Part shown: positions 51,896 to 64,000 of the stretch, piece after piece | Layout: each line of letters begins with the position of its first letter | Position numbering within the stretch: position 1 is the first letter of the stretch | From: Octopus sinensis | Taxonomy: Eukaryota | DNA length: 64,000 nucleotides | Reading direction: 5' to 3' | Assembly: GCF_006345805.1 (NCBI RefSeq) | Contig: NC_042997.1 | Location: forward strand, 152,210,001-152,274,000 | Notes under the pieces: generated by a model | Seen by the model: the letters and a program-made list of their open reading frames with translations, nothing else | What the model was told of the DNA's origin: nothing | Databases searched by the model: none | Translations under genes and position numbers: made by a program

Positions 51896-54800
51896 TTTTA
51901 TACAAAAGAATTAAATGATTGATGATATGCATTTTCAATACTTGACTTCATTGTTAGAGATGCGGCAAAATGAATTTAAAAATAATGAAAGTTAATCATT
52001 ATTAAATTACCAAAAAAAAAAAAAAAAAAAAATCATAGATATCTTAGCTCAGCCTAAACTGGTATGATTAGAACAAGATTTTGATGTTGAAGAAATATGT
52101 ATATATGATTATAATAGAATTTATTGAAAAGCCTTTTAAATTGAACAAGCTATTTTTAAAAGGATAGAAGCAACTGGGAGATAGGAGCCGATATAAAATC
52201 TATATGTTAGACATATATAACAACTAATACTTTGATGCAAAAAACTTTGGAACAACAAGTTCAAAAGGCCATAATGTAACCAGTTTGTAATACTTGTCTA
52301 ATTACAAGGCAATATGGATAAACAGCAGATCAGTAAACAAAGACTGGTTCTTGCCAGCAGCAACAACTTTTATGAAGGAATAATTATCATCACAAATAGC
52401 CTGACAAAAAAATTGAAAATAGGAAGATTCCCTATCTTAATATTGCCAACATTACTTGGGGATAAGTGAAACTATGTCAGATACATCCTGGGTATGAAGA
52501 AAGGCAGGAAGACCATTAATGATAATAGACTCTTAAGGAGAGAGAGAAAGAAAAAAGGTCATTCATTGGTTCAGCAGAAGATACAAATAATGCTCTCTTC
52601 AGACATAACCATATACACCACACTAACAAGAAACTTAGGTGGGGTAGTATACTATTTATCATTAGTAAAACGGCAACTGACAAGAATGGAACCACTGGTA
52701 GATGAACATTTTATTATCAAAAGTAGGAAAACTAGCCTCATCAAGAGTGCCACTGCTCAAATCTTAAAACTCCTTCAAAGGTTGCAATAAGATTTGAAGA
52801 AAAAAAAATGACAGTTTCAAAGAAGTGAACAACACAGATGCATAAACTTCAACAGCTTATTCCAACACACAACTGAGCAAGAGGAAAGTAATTTCATTGA
52901 AGTCTGAACAGTAAATGATGCAAAAGTAGGCAGTCATACAGCATTGGATGAGCCTCTGACAACAAACTGTTTCACCTTACGTTCTCAAAACTGTACTCAG
53001 GTACTTCAACAGGAGTAAGAGAAAGCAAGGCTTGACACCAACCAGTAATCCTTTAACCATAGTGATTTGTTTCAAATACATTTACAGCAAACAGCCCAGC
53101 AGAGTTGTGGAAGCAGATAAAATATTATATTTGGAGGGACGTAAATTACTTTAGACATCATGCAGCATTTGAAACATCACAGTTTTTGTTACATTACACC
53201 AACAATGAATTAATGTAATTATATCACTGTTTTATTTCTTTGATCAAAGGATCACCAGTAAACAATCTATCAGCCCCACAATTGTAATTTGGACAATCCC
53301 TTCTTAACATCCAATAAATACTGAATAGTCATAATTCAAGGCAGTAATATAGATATTTTCAACAATGCTGTAAAATAACCAATCAGTTAAATGCTTATTT
53401 TTCGTATTAAGTAAGCAATCAAATTCTATATCTCTCAGTCTGGCTGAACTATGATAAAGACAGTTAAAACATTCATTTAATATTTATTGATCACAAATCA
53501 ACTAAAACAATATTTAGAAATTCAAACCGAAAAAAAAAATATTGTTTACAAAATAGAACTAAAGAGCAGCTCCCTAAGAAGTCAAGTATGAATTCAATGT
53601 TGGAGAGATGTGTGCCATTACAGAAAAAAAAAGACTAACTTCTAAATTTAAATCAAACATTTTGCTTTCCCCCATCGAGACCAGGAAAAGGAAGTTATTC
53701 CTCTAACAAACTGAAGAGTGAAGTAAATGTCACAAACATAATGGAAAAGAACAGTTAAGAAAAAAAACAAAAAAAAAACCCATTTAAGCCCAAGATATTT
53801 CTGGTTACCCACAAAACTAGTTTGGTTTCTTAACACATTAGCAACAAACAGTCCTGTAAAAATACCACCACTAACTTTTGGAATTTAGAACAGTATATAA
53901 AACATGCATGTATACAATCTATGTATATGGTCATTCATAATGGATATGTGAGCAGTACAGAATATGAAAACCAGGACCGTTTCTCATGTAAGCACAAAAC
54001 CAGCAGTTTCTGTGAGGTGGTGGTTAGTCAATGCTATTGATCCCAGTATATGCCTTCAAGAACATTATTTTATCAACTTACAAAAAAGGAAAGACAAAGT
54101 TGACCTAAGAATGTCAAAATATAGTGAGTTATTGATTAAGATGGTATTGACTAAGACTTTCACTTCTCAAAGCTGGATATGTGCTCAAATTAATAAAATA
54201 TCTGAACAAGAACTTTAGCACCATGAAATAGTTCATTAACACCACCAAAACTATATCCTTTCAATTGCATCAAATAATTAAAATTTATGTGCCCAGCAGA
54301 ATTAAGCTTAAAATGAGCAACCTTTAATATTCAGGACTACAAGCATCTCTACCTTAGCTATGACAACAGCATGGACTCTATCCCAAATAGAACCACCTGT
54401 GCCAAATACACAAGTCACTGTCAACCGAAGTAATGGTCAGTTATGACCACATTTGATAAGATGGTCATTGCTGAACAATATTTGCTCAAGCCAAACTGAT
54501 TTCACTTTGAACAATAATCTGTTTTTTTTGTATTCAACACTAAATGCTACAGGGGCCAGTGTCTCTTGGGCAATGATGGGTTTCTTCAATGGAATTCCAT
54601 GATTTAATTATGACATATTGCATATATACAACTTGTTTATGACCACCCATCCTAACAGCTATCCTATCTCAACAGAAGCAATAAACTGAGAGTTGTTAGA
54701 GAACTCAGTAGATTATTAACTTGAAAGCGTTTCAAAGAATTGTGAATAAATAAATATACAAACAACTTAAGAGAAACAATCAGTTAAACAGTTGCTACCA

Positions 54801-54973
54801 TTAGATCTATGTATAGAAAGATATCTTGTACTTACTGACAGCATAACTATGAACAGTTGGGAACGATTGTATGGGGGAGAGAAAAAAAAAAAAAAAAAAT
54901 CACACCCGACAAATGTTTTATACATCATGAATCAAATTATGTGAATCAATGAAATGTCTAAGTAACTGCATTA

Positions 54974-63651
<8,678 letters not shown>

Positions 63652-64000
63652 CTTACAAAAAGAAAAAAAGAAAATATTACAACAACCGTTCCAACCTAAA
63701 CTTATTTATGAGAACCCAACAATATGTCTAACAATATTTGCTGCACAATTCTTAACTCATAAAAGAGGTGTGTTTTGAGTCAGACAAATCTAGGGCAGTA
63801 AATGTAGCCAAAGCAGTGAAACCCCAATATCCATTCAGCTACATGTCTTGCTTTCATGTCTTTCTAGAAAGTAGGTCATTTCTATACTCTGAATGACTGA
63901 AACAAGTAAAAGAGAATTAGGTCAAATTAGTGGCTCCCTGTATAATCTCAAAAGCATCTGTATCTCAATGCTGAACAAATATATCAAAGTGCTTCATGTT

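Noticed and set aside
52330-52393. C/D box pair (GTGATGA...CTGA, minus strand)
   Set aside because: No terminal stem, and it is not inside an identified intron
63652-64000. Head-to-head HSP10 gene or bidirectional promoter known from vertebrates
   Set aside because: The window ends inside an HSP60 intron; nothing visible

Overview
AT-rich, microsatellite-laden eukaryotic nuclear DNA, most likely from an octopus (inferred from the tRNA-SINE families and simple-repeat density; not verified by search). The only confidently identified host gene is mitochondrial chaperonin HSP60 (HSPD1) on the minus strand: 10 coding exons, 54974-63651, 520 aa plus stop, with the N-terminal ~58 aa lying beyond the window end. 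The rest is mostly mobile-element landscape: dozens of tRNA-derived SINEs, a nearly intact Tx1/L1-clade LINE (ORF2 with only two lesions) lying between Helitron-type termini, two small non-autonomous Helitrons, RTE, R4/Dong-like and hAT fossils, and two small Penelope-like elements with minimal hammerhead-ribozyme motifs. Best leads: (1) one SINE subfamily shares its 3' tail with the Tx1 LINE in this window and inserts at GGT(T)AT sites, including into its own head; (2) a 323-bp TSD-flanked element in which a Pol III tRNA-like head sits between inverted hammerhead-bearing arms; (3) a Helitron-bounded cassette with LINE modules in permuted order. There are no prokaryotic features or CRISPR arrays, and most ORFs in the supplied track are microsatellite or antisense artefacts.
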